From a bacterium (GTDB lineage Bacteria > Omnitrophota > Gorgyraeia > Zapsychrales > Zapsychraceae): DNA of 64,000 bases. Within the stretch, counting starts at the first letter, position 1, and the number at the start of each line of letters is the position of its first letter. Made by a program: the position numbers and the translations under genes. This document shows positions 1 to 8,738 of this stretch, in pieces. The DNA is taken from assembly GCA_030429765.1 (NCBI GenBank), contig JAUIER010000015.1, positions 31,079 through 95,078 on the forward strand. The letters run 5' to 3'. The notes below the pieces were generated by a model. The model did no database searches. It saw only the letters and a list, made by a program, of their open reading frames with translations, and was not told the origin of the DNA.

Positions 1-266
1 TCGGGATGCTTATCGCAGATCGGCGCTCCGGTCAGGCAGGCTAGCGGAAAGATCGCATCGACCTGCGGAACCCACTTTTTCAATAACTCTACATCCCGTG
101 TGTCTCCATGCACCACCGTAAATTTTTTGGAGTGACAGCATTCCAGCAGCGATGTCTGGTTGTACATAAAATTATCGAGGACGACCACCTCAAATCCTTC
201 CTGCAGCAATCGCGGGACCATAACCGATCCCAAGTATCCGGCTCCTCCGGTAATTAAGACTTTCAT
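1..266 (-). CDS. NAD-dependent epimerase/dehydratase family protein, N-terminal part (continues past the window edge)
   Basis: Minus-strand ATG at 264-266 overlaps the fcl stop (ATGA). The translation begins [14 protein letters not shown]..., a Rossmann GxxGxxG motif typical of NDP-sugar epimerases/dehydratases. Confidence 0.6.
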   Translation of the reverse strand, partial: MKVLITGGAGYLGSVMVPRLLQEGFEVVVLDNFMYNQTSLLECCHSKKFTVVHGDTRDVELLKKWVPQVDAIFPLACLTGAPICDKHP

Positions 267-1195
267 GATGACACCTTTCGTTGATACCAATCTATCGTTC
301 GTTTCAGGCCCTGCTCCAGCGTGGTTCGCGGAGACCAGCCCAGACTTTTAATGCGGTAATGATCCAGGAGTTTTTGGGGCGTACCATCGGGCTTATTGCC
401 GTCAAAAAGAATCTCACCCGAGAAACCGGCGATTCGGGCGATCTGTTCGGTTAATTCCGTAATACTGACATCCGCCCCCACCCCCACATTAACGACATCG
501 GCGCTGTCGTAATTCTGCATGAGAAACAGGCTCGCGTCGACAAAGTCATCCACATAAAGAAATTCGCGTCGAGGTTTACCGCTTCCCCAAATCGTGATGT
601 CCGGCAAGTTGTCCCGGACCGCCATGACGCATTCATGAATCTTGGCCCCGATCACATGGGCTGTCTTAAGCTCTTTATCAAAACCAGGTCCGTAGACCGT
701 CGCTGGAATCATCACGATCGCGTTCAGGTTATATTGCCGACGAAAGCTTTGCGCCATGACTAGCCCCGAGGCCTTGGCCATCGAATATGGCAGACTGGTC
801 GGTTCCATCGGCGCGGATAAAATCAAATCTTCCGTCATCGGCTGCCGGCATTCGCGCGGATAAACACATGAACTGGCGTAGTACAAAACCTTTTTCGCGC
901 CGAAATTATGCGCCGCATACATTATGTTACTCGAACTCTGAATATTATGGTAAATAAAATCGGCCGGATGCTCCTGATTTGCCACAATCCCTCCGGATTG
1001 CGTGGAACCCAGAAAAACATACTCGGGGCGATGCTCCTGAAAATACTCATACACCGGGGCCTGTATCGTGGCATTCAAACCGAGACGCGTGCTGCTGTGG
1101 ACATGGCTGTAACCGGCGTCCGTCAGCCCCTGATACAGCGCATTTTCCATGATGTCATCATGTCCGACGATCAGGATGGTGGAATCTTTGTTCAT
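263..1195 (-). CDS. fcl: GDP-L-fucose synthase (GDP-4-keto-6-deoxymannose 3,5-epimerase/4-reductase)
   Basis: 310 aa with an extended-SDR fold and an N-terminal ILIVGHDD.. segment, globally similar to Fcl/WcaG. Its start overlaps the stop of the upstream transketolase C-terminal subunit. Confidence 0.75.
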   Translation of the reverse strand: MNKDSTILIVGHDDIMENALYQGLTDAGYSHVHSSTRLGLNATIQAPVYEYFQEHRPEYVFLGSTQSGGIVANQEHPADFIYHNIQSSSNIMYAAHNFGAKKVLYYASSCVYPRECRQPMTEDLILSAPMEPTSLPYSMAKASGLVMAQSFRRQYNLNAIVMIPATVYGPGFDKELKTAHVIGAKIHECVMAVRDNLPDITIWGSGKPRREFLYVDDFVDASLFLMQNYDSADVVNVGVGADVSITELTEQIARIAGFSGEILFDGNKPDGTPQKLLDHYRIKSLGWSPRTTLEQGLKRTIDWYQRKVSS

Positions 1196-1749
1196 TATTT
1201 ACTATTGTAATAATTTCCGTGCTCGATTAACAGCGTCGGCTGATTGTCATCACGCTCAAGCGCGAGTTTATAGGCGGGAAAAATGTCTTCCGGTTCTTCC
1301 AACTCAACCACATTGATCGACGTGAACATCTTTCGAAAGGCGTCGGCATAATTTCCGATATGCTGATGGCCCGGATGAACCGGCTCATACGGACCGGCCG
1401 CTACACGGATTATGATTTTTGGAATCAGCTGTCCGTCGCTGATAGCCGGAATCTTATCCAGCATATTGACCATGTCGGACGTGGCCAACAGCAGAAAATT
1501 CTGCCGCGGATAGACCGATACCGGAATATAGCCCGCCAGGGCCATACCGATCGTGAACTGCATCTGAAAACTTTCGTTGATCGGCATTTCCAACGTTTTC
1601 TCGGCCGGCAGATCCCTTAATGTCTGGTACATAAATGTCCCCGGACCCGCTACCGTTTGTCCGACAAATAATGTTTTGGGATGTTCAGCCATCCACTCCA
1701 TGGTTCGTTTGAGTTCGTCAAAATAAGTCATCAGAATTTTATCTTCCAT
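1195..1749 (-). CDS. Transketolase, C-terminal (pyrimidine-binding) subunit of a split transketolase
   Basis: Transketolase-like pyrimidine-binding and C-terminal domains. I prefer the internal start MEDKIL at 1749 because the longer track ORF (to 1827) would overlap the upstream gene by ~100 nt. Confidence 0.65.
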   Translation of the reverse strand: MEDKILMTYFDELKRTMEWMAEHPKTLFVGQTVAGPGTFMYQTLRDLPAEKTLEMPINESFQMQFTIGMALAGYIPVSVYPRQNFLLLATSDMVNMLDKIPAISDGQLIPKIIIRVAAGPYEPVHPGHQHIGNYADAFRKMFTSINVVELEEPEDIFPAYKLALERDDNQPTLLIEHGNYYNSK

Positions 1750-2351
1750 CCTAATCCCGAGTGGGGATATGCGTTTTTGTATTTGAAATAAATGATTTTT
1801 TCCGCGTACCTGGTCCCTGTGAACCACGGATCGGATGATCCCCAGGTTTCGCGGGTATCGGTCATCACGCTCAGACCGTTGTCACTCACAATAAACTTCA
1901 CCGGCAGATCAAAATGAGTGGCATATTTGACGGCCTCATGAAACACGCCCGTTTCTGAAGACATATCCCCACAGAACAAAAATGACCGGCCGGGCTTATT
2001 TTGATTCTTAAGGCTCCATGCCGTTCCGACCGCTGTTCCCATCAAGCTGCCGACAATACCTGAACATAGCACATTGTATTTTGGAAAGCATAGCGCGATG
2101 CTGTTTCCGTCGAGTATGGACTGTTTGACCTCTTCGCGCGGCACCCCTTTGAGCAGGGCCAACTCATGCGCATCCCAGAATCCATAGACGAAATCATCGT
2201 CCCCAATCTGTTCGTCTTCAAAAATCTTAATTAATTGTTCTTCTCGTCCGGCCCGCAGATGAACCGGCGCGCGGATCTTCCCTTCTGCAAAAATATCCGC
2301 GATCTCTTTCTCAAAACTAGATAGATCTTCTTTGGTGAATTGTTTAGCCAT
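1731..2351 (-). CDS. Transketolase, N-terminal (thiamine-diphosphate-binding) subunit of a split transketolase
   Basis: 206 aa with a TPP-binding-like GDM..E segment typical of the transketolase N-terminal domain. Adjacent to, and overlapping, the gene for the C-terminal half. Confidence 0.65.
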   Translation of the reverse strand: MAKQFTKEDLSSFEKEIADIFAEGKIRAPVHLRAGREEQLIKIFEDEQIGDDDFVYGFWDAHELALLKGVPREEVKQSILDGNSIALCFPKYNVLCSGIVGSLMGTAVGTAWSLKNQNKPGRSFLFCGDMSSETGVFHEAVKYATHFDLPVKFIVSDNGLSVMTDTRETWGSSDPWFTGTRYAEKIIYFKYKNAYPHSGLGWKIKF

Positions 2352-2386
2352 ATATCCTCATTTGTAGTTCGATGTATCTGACGCCG

Positions 2387-2452
2387 TTAAGACCTTGACG
2401 CAACAATGATCCAAACGATCACGATGACCAAAACTAGTCCCAATAGGCTCAC
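2387..2452 (-). CDS. Candidate 21-aa hydrophobic micro-protein (VSLLGLVLVIVIVWIIVASRS) with a strong Shine-Dalgarno
   Basis: GGAGG lies 7 nt upstream of a GTG start, just downstream of the SxtK-like gene. The product is a single transmembrane-helix-like peptide. It is below the ORF-track size cutoff and unverified. Confidence 0.2.
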   Translation of the reverse strand: MSLLGLVLVIVIVWIIVASRS

Positions 2453-2473
2453 GGGATTTCCTCCGGGTTCGCA

Positions 2474-2631
2474 TTAAAACAGGGTGTAAATAAACGGTGT
2501 CACCGCCGAGGTTTGCGCGAAGACAATTAACATACTGAGCAGCACCAGCACAAAAATGATCGGCGCCAGCCAGAAACGTTTACGGACTTTCAGGAAATCC
2601 CAGAATTCTTTTAAAATATTTGATTTAGACA
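2474..2631 (-). CDS. DUF5989 / SxtK-like small membrane protein (52 aa)
   Basis: Hand translation gives MSKSNILKEFWDFLKVRKRFWLAPIIFVLVLLSMLIVFAQTSAVTPFIYTLF. The C-terminal ..PFIYTLF motif and a single TM helix match my memory of the DUF5989 family, which sits downstream of carbamoyltransferase/SxtJ genes. It is below the ORF-track cutoff. Confidence 0.6.
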
Positions 2632-2634
2632 TAA

Positions 2635-3180
2635 CTAGAATTGTTGTTTGTAGCGCTCGGGATCAAATGGTACCGACTTCCGAATTTGCCAGTAACTCTT
2701 TTTCTCCGGCTCGAGCTTTCGATTCAAATGATCCTTACCAATAATTCTAAAAAAGATACCAATCGGCGCGAATACGCCGTAAAACATCAGGACCATTGTG
2801 GCATTGGTGATGACATGGCTGATAAAATGCGCCGCCTTCATCCAAACCTTGTAGAGCGGCCGCAACCAATCCAGATTGATCAGCGCGACAACCAGCATCC
2901 CCACCGCAACGGTAAAAAACAACCATTTTAACGGCGTACCGTGCTCCCGCATCACAAACCAGTACACGGCCCCTTGCACGGCGAATATCCAGCTGTTGGC
3001 CGCAATCGGCCACTCGGATATCTTGGTAATCACCCAGAGAACCGTGATGAACCCGCCTAACAGAATACATACGGATTTTAAACTAAATCCCAGCGAAAGG
3101 CTATGAAAAAATATTAAATACGGGATGATCAACGCCAACCCGCAGCCAAAGACAGCTAATTCTTTACGATCGGCTTGCAT
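2635..3180 (-). CDS. SxtJ-like polytopic membrane protein (carbamoyltransferase-associated)
   Basis: 181 aa with about four predicted TM helices. Its start is 3 nt from the carbamoyltransferase stop and it is followed by the DUF5989 gene. This gene order is typical of sxtI-sxtJ-sxtK-like triads. Confidence 0.5.
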   Translation of the reverse strand: MQADRKELAVFGCGLALIIPYLIFFHSLSLGFSLKSVCILLGGFITVLWVITKISEWPIAANSWIFAVQGAVYWFVMREHGTPLKWLFFTVAVGMLVVALINLDWLRPLYKVWMKAAHFISHVITNATMVLMFYGVFAPIGIFFRIIGKDHLNRKLEPEKKSYWQIRKSVPFDPERYKQQF

Positions 3181-3182
3181 AA

Positions 3183-5009
3183 TTAATCCAGGATTAACGA
3201 CATATTTTCTTTTTTATACTTATCATTTTTCGGCTGTTTACTCTTTTCCAGGACACAATTTTCGAGCACCAGATAGTCCATATCGGTACACATAAAGCAG
3301 CGGTATGCATCCTGAGGTGTACAAACGATGGGTTCACCGCGGATATTAAAGGATGTGTTGATGATGACCGGGCAGCCGGTTTTTTCGCCAAAGGCCTTGA
3401 TAATCCGGTAGTAGATCGGATGCGTCTGTTCGTTCACCGTCTGCACCCGAGCCGAGCAGTCCACGTGAGTGATCGCCGGGATCTCTGATCGGATAACCTT
3501 GAGCTTGTCCAACCCCCTGGCCTCGCTTTTCAGCGCGTCTTTGATAACCTTATCGGGATGAACATCCGCCACGAGCAGCATGTACGGACTTTGCGAGTTC
3601 AGATCAAAAAAGTCCGACACGCGTTCCTCCAGCACACTCGGCGCAAACGGCCGGAATGACTCCCGAAATTTGATCTTGAGATTGATCGTCGACTGCATCT
3701 TCGCCGAGCGCGGATCTCCAATGATGCTGCGGGCCCCCAGCGCGCGTGGTCCAAACTCCATCCGTCCCAAAAATAATCCAATCACATTTTCATCGGCAAT
3801 CAATTCCGCGACCCGTTCGGGCAGTTCGTCGGATGTGTATTTTGTGTACGGCAGCTTCTCGGAATTCAAATATCTCTCGATCCCGTCGACGTCAAACTTG
3901 GGCCCCAGGTACGTTCCATGCTGTAAGTCGGTCTTGTTATCACTTGGCCGCTGATTTTGCAGGACCTGATACCAGATAAACGAAGCGACGCCGAGCGCGC
4001 CGCCCGCGTCACCTGCCGCCGGCTGAATCCATATATTCTTAAACGGACTACGCTTGAGAATTTTTCCGTTACCGACACAGTTCAACGCTACCCCGCCGGC
4101 CAGACACAAATTGTCCAATCCGGTCTGTTGATGGACATGGTCGGCCATCTTGAGCATAACCTCCTCGGTGACTTCCTGAATCGAACGGGCCATATCCATA
4201 TCGCGTTGCGAGATCTCTGTCTCCGGTTTTCGCGGCGGATGTCCGAACAACTGATCAAATTTCTTATTCGTCATGGTCAAACCGGTGCAGTAGTTGAAGT
4301 ACTTCATGTTCAACTTGAAGGATCCGTCCGGTTTGATATCAATCAGATGCTGTTTGATTAAATCCACATATTTGGGTTCACCATAAGGGGCCAGCCCCAT
4401 GACCTTGTACTCCCCGGAGTTTACACGGAAGCCTAGATAGTACGTCATCGCCGAATACAATAATCCCAGCGAATGCGGAAAGTTAATCTCGGACTGAAGC
4501 TCGATCTTATTCCCCTCACCGACGCCGAAACTGGTCGTGGCCCATTCCCCCACACCGTCCATCGTCAGGATCGCCGCTTTGTCAAACGGTGACGGAAAAA
4601 AGGCCGACGCCGCGTGCGATTCGTGATGCTCCGTAAAAAGGATCTCTCCTTCATACCCCAGTTCATTGAGGACAAAATCTTTGAGAAATATTTTTTGTTT
4701 AAGCCAGACAGGCATGGCCTTGAGAAATGACCGTAGCCCGAATGGCGCATAGTTGAGATAGGTTAAGAGCAACCGCTCAAACTTAAGGAAGGGTTTATCA
4801 TAAAAGCCGACATAATCCACGTCATCAATGGTTATGCCGGCTTCTGATAAACAATAGTCGATAGACTGACGGGGAAACTCATCGTCATGTTTCTTCCGGG
4901 TAAATCTTTCCTCCTGAGCCGCGGCCAGGATGTCTCCATCTTTGATCAGGCAGGCGGCGCTGTCATGATAGAAGGCCGATATCCCCAATATGTAAACCGG
5001 TTTCCCCAT
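3183..5009 (-). CDS. O-carbamoyltransferase, NodU/CmcH family
   Basis: About 608 aa with a YILGISAFYHDSAA N-terminus and a C-terminal carbamoyltransferase domain. I prefer the start MGKPVYILG at 5009, which leaves a 5-nt gap to the upstream UXS stop. Confidence 0.85.
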   Translation of the reverse strand: MGKPVYILGISAFYHDSAACLIKDGDILAAAQEERFTRKKHDDEFPRQSIDYCLSEAGITIDDVDYVGFYDKPFLKFERLLLTYLNYAPFGLRSFLKAMPVWLKQKIFLKDFVLNELGYEGEILFTEHHESHAASAFFPSPFDKAAILTMDGVGEWATTSFGVGEGNKIELQSEINFPHSLGLLYSAMTYYLGFRVNSGEYKVMGLAPYGEPKYVDLIKQHLIDIKPDGSFKLNMKYFNYCTGLTMTNKKFDQLFGHPPRKPETEISQRDMDMARSIQEVTEEVMLKMADHVHQQTGLDNLCLAGGVALNCVGNGKILKRSPFKNIWIQPAAGDAGGALGVASFIWYQVLQNQRPSDNKTDLQHGTYLGPKFDVDGIERYLNSEKLPYTKYTSDELPERVAELIADENVIGLFLGRMEFGPRALGARSIIGDPRSAKMQSTINLKIKFRESFRPFAPSVLEERVSDFFDLNSQSPYMLLVADVHPDKVIKDALKSEARGLDKLKVIRSEIPAITHVDCSARVQTVNEQTHPIYYRIIKAFGEKTGCPVIINTSFNIRGEPIVCTPQDAYRCFMCTDMDYLVLENCVLEKSKQPKNDKYKKENMSLILD

Positions 5010-5014
5010 AGATC

Positions 5015-5974
5015 TTATTTCTTTTTCGCGGGATACTGATCCTGAAACCACTCAATGGTGTCCGCCAAACCCTGCTCAAGTTTGACCTTCGGCTGCCATC
5101 TCAACAGTTTCTTGGCCAACGCAATATTCGGCTGGCGTGTTTTCGGATCGTCGACAGGCAATGATTTGTAAACGATCTTGCTTTTTGTGTCCGCCATCTT
5201 CAGCACGAGCTTGGCGAACTGAAGGATGGTGAATTCATCCGGATTACCCAGATTGACCGGCCCCGAATAGCGTGATCTGATCATCCGCGCGATCCCGTCG
5301 ACAAGATCAGAATAATAACAGAATGAACGGGTTTGCTTGCCGTTGCCATACACAGTCAAATTCTTACCGTTCAATGCCTGATCAATAAAATTCGGAACGA
5401 CACGTCCGTCCTTGATCCGCATACGCGGACCATAGGTGTTGAAAATTCGGATGATCTTGGCATCAACCTTATGATAACGGCGGTAGGCCATTGTCATCGC
5501 TTCGGCGAATCGTTTGGCCTCATCATACACTCCGCGCGGACCAATCGGATTGACGTGCCCCCAATAATCTTCCTTTTGCGGATGAACCTGCGGATCACCG
5601 TAAACTTCGGACGTCGACGCGATCAGATAACGGGCCTTCTTCAGTTTGGCCAGCCCCAATGTGTTTAATGTTCCCAGAGATCCCACCTTCATGGTCTGAA
5701 TCGGATAGTTCAGGTAGTCAACAGGCGAAGCCGGTGAAGCAAAATGCAAAACATAGTCCACCGGTCCTGTGATCTTGATTTCCTTGGAAACGTCGTGTTT
5801 CTTGAATGTGAAATCTTTGTTCTTTCGAAGATGCTTGATATTGTTCATGTTCCCTGTAATCAGGTTATCAATACAGTGAACCTTGCATCCATCCTTCAAA
5901 AATCGGTCGGATAAATGACTTCCTAAAAACCCCGCTCCACCTGTAATCACCACTATTTTCTTTCGCTTAGCCAT
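5015..5974 (-). CDS. UDP-glucuronate decarboxylase (UDP-xylose synthase)
   Basis: 319 aa with [19 protein letters not shown] and NTYGPRM motifs characteristic of UXS/ArnA-C-type extended SDRs. Confidence 0.85.
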   Translation of the reverse strand: MAKRKKIVVITGGAGFLGSHLSDRFLKDGCKVHCIDNLITGNMNNIKHLRKNKDFTFKKHDVSKEIKITGPVDYVLHFASPASPVDYLNYPIQTMKVGSLGTLNTLGLAKLKKARYLIASTSEVYGDPQVHPQKEDYWGHVNPIGPRGVYDEAKRFAEAMTMAYRRYHKVDAKIIRIFNTYGPRMRIKDGRVVPNFIDQALNGKNLTVYGNGKQTRSFCYYSDLVDGIARMIRSRYSGPVNLGNPDEFTILQFAKLVLKMADTKSKIVYKSLPVDDPKTRQPNIALAKKLLRWQPKVKLEQGLADTIEWFQDQYPAKKK

Positions 5975-6067
5975 AAAAACCTCTCCTTTATATTTATCAC
6001 TGACTCAACACGAATGTGATATCTCGCCTGAGTGCACTTTCATCTTCACAATATCGACGATCGATAT

Positions 6068-7369
6068 CTAGAACCGTATAATATTTTTTCGATCTTTCTT
6101 GGCGTAAATATTCTTGACGTCAAAGATCAACCGCGAATTATTCAGTACAAAATTCCAATTAACATCCGTATGATCCGTCGCTGTGATCACGCAGTCGAAT
6201 TTCTTGAGGACATCCTTGCTTAACTTGACACTGGTCAAATCGATTTGACCGATATTCAAATAAGGAATGATCGGATCATAGTAATCGACCTTGCATTTCT
6301 TTTCCTGTAGCAATTCGATCAGTTTCAATGGCGGCGATTTTCGAAGATCCTTGACATCCTTCTTATATGTCGCCCCGATCACGAGAATTTTAGCCCCGGC
6401 AAAACGCTTTTTACGTTTCTTCATCTCCGATTTGAGATATTCGATCGCGTAGGCCGGCATATTGGAATTCGTGTCCGCCGACAGCTTGATGTACTTGGAA
6501 CTGAACCCATGGTGTTTGGCCTTCCAATAAAGGTATAACGGATCATCCGGAATACAATGACCTCCAACCCCCAACCCCGGATAAAACGGCATAAATCCGA
6601 AGGGTTTGGTCTTGGCGGCCTCGATCACTTCCCAGATATCGATATCCAGTTTGTGGCACATCATGGCCACTTCATTGATCCAGCCGATGTTGATGATCCT
6701 AAATGAATTTTCCAAGAGCTTGGTCATCTCAGCCGCCCGCGGCGAGGAGACCACATGGATTTCCTTGATGATCTTTTTGTACAACGATTCGGTCAATGCC
6801 CCGCACTTGGGTGTCATCCCTCCGACAACTTTCGGAATACGTGTGACATCATATTGCTTGTTGCCGGGATCAATCCGTTCAGGCGAAAATGACAGGAAGA
6901 AATCTTTACCGACCTTTCGTCCGCCCTTTTGCAACTCGGGCAGGATCAATTCATTTGTCGTTCCGGGATAAGTCGTACTCTCCAGGATCACCAATGAATT
7001 GCGTTTAAAATGTTTCCGGATCGTGCGAACCGCACTGAGAATATACGTAATGTCGGGGGTATATTTCCGTTTGAGCGGTGTCGGCACACAGATGATTAAT
7101 ACGTCCATCTCTTTGATGAGTGTAAAATCGGTACTGGCCTGCAATTTCCCCGAGCGCACGGCCTTGGCCAACGTCGACGTGGGAATATCAGAGATGTAAC
7201 TAACCTTTCGATTAACCTGATCCACCCGGTCCTGATCCATATCCAAACCGAACACCTGATATCCGGCCTTGGCAAAATTAACAGCAAGCGGCAGTCCGAC
7301 ATAACCCAAACCAATGACGGCGACCTTGGCTGACTTTTTACTGATTTTATTTTTTAAAACTGTAGACAT
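6068..7369 (-). CDS. UDP-N-acetyl-D-mannosamine/glucosamine dehydrogenase family (WecC/WbpA-like nucleotide-sugar dehydrogenase)
   Basis: 433 aa with N-terminal VIGLGYVGLPLA and a catalytic GGHCIP segment. More similar to the WecC/TviB clade than to Ugd. Confidence 0.75.
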   Translation of the reverse strand: MSTVLKNKISKKSAKVAVIGLGYVGLPLAVNFAKAGYQVFGLDMDQDRVDQVNRKVSYISDIPTSTLAKAVRSGKLQASTDFTLIKEMDVLIICVPTPLKRKYTPDITYILSAVRTIRKHFKRNSLVILESTTYPGTTNELILPELQKGGRKVGKDFFLSFSPERIDPGNKQYDVTRIPKVVGGMTPKCGALTESLYKKIIKEIHVVSSPRAAEMTKLLENSFRIINIGWINEVAMMCHKLDIDIWEVIEAAKTKPFGFMPFYPGLGVGGHCIPDDPLYLYWKAKHHGFSSKYIKLSADTNSNMPAYAIEYLKSEMKKRKKRFAGAKILVIGATYKKDVKDLRKSPPLKLIELLQEKKCKVDYYDPIIPYLNIGQIDLTSVKLSKDVLKKFDCVITATDHTDVNWNFVLNNSRLIFDVKNIYAKKDRKNIIRF

Positions 7370-7383
7370 ATCGTTTCCTTATA

Positions 7384-8706
7384 TTACGCAGCTGGTCGGC
7401 CGATACCGTAGTACTCAAAGCCCAACTTATCTAATTTTTTATCGTGATAGAAATTTCGACCATCGAAAAGGACCGGGTGATTCATAGCCTTTTTAATCTT
7501 CTCGAAATCCAGATCCTTGAATTGTGCCCATTCAGTAACCAACAAGAGACAATCGCATCCTTTGGCCAGGTCATATGGATCCTTGCTGAATGTCACACCG
7601 GTCGTCATGGCCTTGGTATTCGGCATTCCTTCGGGATCGTAGGCCTTGATCTTGGCCCCTTCCTTTTGGAGCATATGAATGATATCAATCGACGGAGCAT
7701 TTCGCATGTCGTCCGTATCCGGTTTAAACGCCAATCCCAAAAGACCAATAGTCTTGTTCTTCACGATCCACATCTTGTCTTCAATCAGTTTTACAAAAGA
7801 ATTGATCTGATCGCGGTTGATCTGACGGACTTCCTCGAGCATCTGGAATTTGTATCCGCTCTTCTCACTCAGCCGGATAAACGCGTCCACATCCTTGGGA
7901 AAACAGCTTCCGCCGTAACCGATCCCGGCGTTCAGGAATTGACGACCGATCCGCTTGTCATATCCCATCCCCTCAGCGACCTTGAGAACATCCGCCCCCA
8001 GCTGCTCACAAATCTGTGAGATCGCATTGATAAAGGAAATTTTAGTGGCTAGAAATGAATTGGAGGCGTGCTTGATCAGCTCGGCCGAATTGATATTGGT
8101 CACGACCATTTTTGGTTTGAGCGGCCGATAAATTTCGCGTAATAATTTCTCAGCTTTTTTACTTTCAACACCGATGACAACCCGATCCGGATTCATGAAA
8201 TCCTCGACGGCAGAACCTTCACGCAAAAATTCAGGGTTCGATGCCACGTCAAAATCAAGCGTGAGCTTGTTGCCTTTACGGTATTTTTTGGGAAGATACT
8301 TGCGGATGGTCTGGGCAACCTTCTTTCCGGTCTCGGCCGGAACCGTGGACTTCTCGATCACCAATTTGTAGTCCGTCATACTTTCGGCGATTTCGCGCGC
8401 AACATTTTCAACATATGTGAGATCGGCATCACCGTTTTTCTTGGAAGGCGTTCCAACGGCGATAAAGATGGCCGTCGCTTCCTTGGCACCGTCTTTGATG
8501 GAATAACTGAATGACATCCGTCCATTTTTAATATTCTTCTTGAGTAACACATCGAGGCCCGGCTCGTATATCGGAACCAACCCTTTTTTAAGCTTATTGA
8601 TCTTGGTTTTGTCAACATCGATACAGGTCACATCATGTCCAATTTCCGCCAGACAAACCCCAGTCACCAATCCAACATACCCGGATCCTACAATTGCAAT
8701 TTTCAC
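7384..8706 (-). CDS. ugd: UDP-glucose 6-dehydrogenase
   Basis: 440 aa with MKIAIVGSGYVGLVTG and a GGSCFPKD catalytic-Cys motif. Confidence 0.85.
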   Translation of the reverse strand: MKIAIVGSGYVGLVTGVCLAEIGHDVTCIDVDKTKINKLKKGLVPIYEPGLDVLLKKNIKNGRMSFSYSIKDGAKEATAIFIAVGTPSKKNGDADLTYVENVAREIAESMTDYKLVIEKSTVPAETGKKVAQTIRKYLPKKYRKGNKLTLDFDVASNPEFLREGSAVEDFMNPDRVVIGVESKKAEKLLREIYRPLKPKMVVTNINSAELIKHASNSFLATKISFINAISQICEQLGADVLKVAEGMGYDKRIGRQFLNAGIGYGGSCFPKDVDAFIRLSEKSGYKFQMLEEVRQINRDQINSFVKLIEDKMWIVKNKTIGLLGLAFKPDTDDMRNAPSIDIIHMLQKEGAKIKAYDPEGMPNTKAMTTGVTFSKDPYDLAKGCDCLLLVTEWAQFKDLDFEKIKKAMNHPVLFDGRNFYHDKKLDKLGFEYYGIGRPAA

Positions 8707-8738
8707 GTTTACTGCTCCTTTCTTGAACTCTTGAAATC

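Noticed and set aside
3580-4361. Multiple short ORFs in both orientations inside the carbamoyltransferase gene.
   Set aside because: They are embedded in a continuous 608-aa conserved reading frame. Their products are Arg/Ser-rich out-of-frame artefacts.
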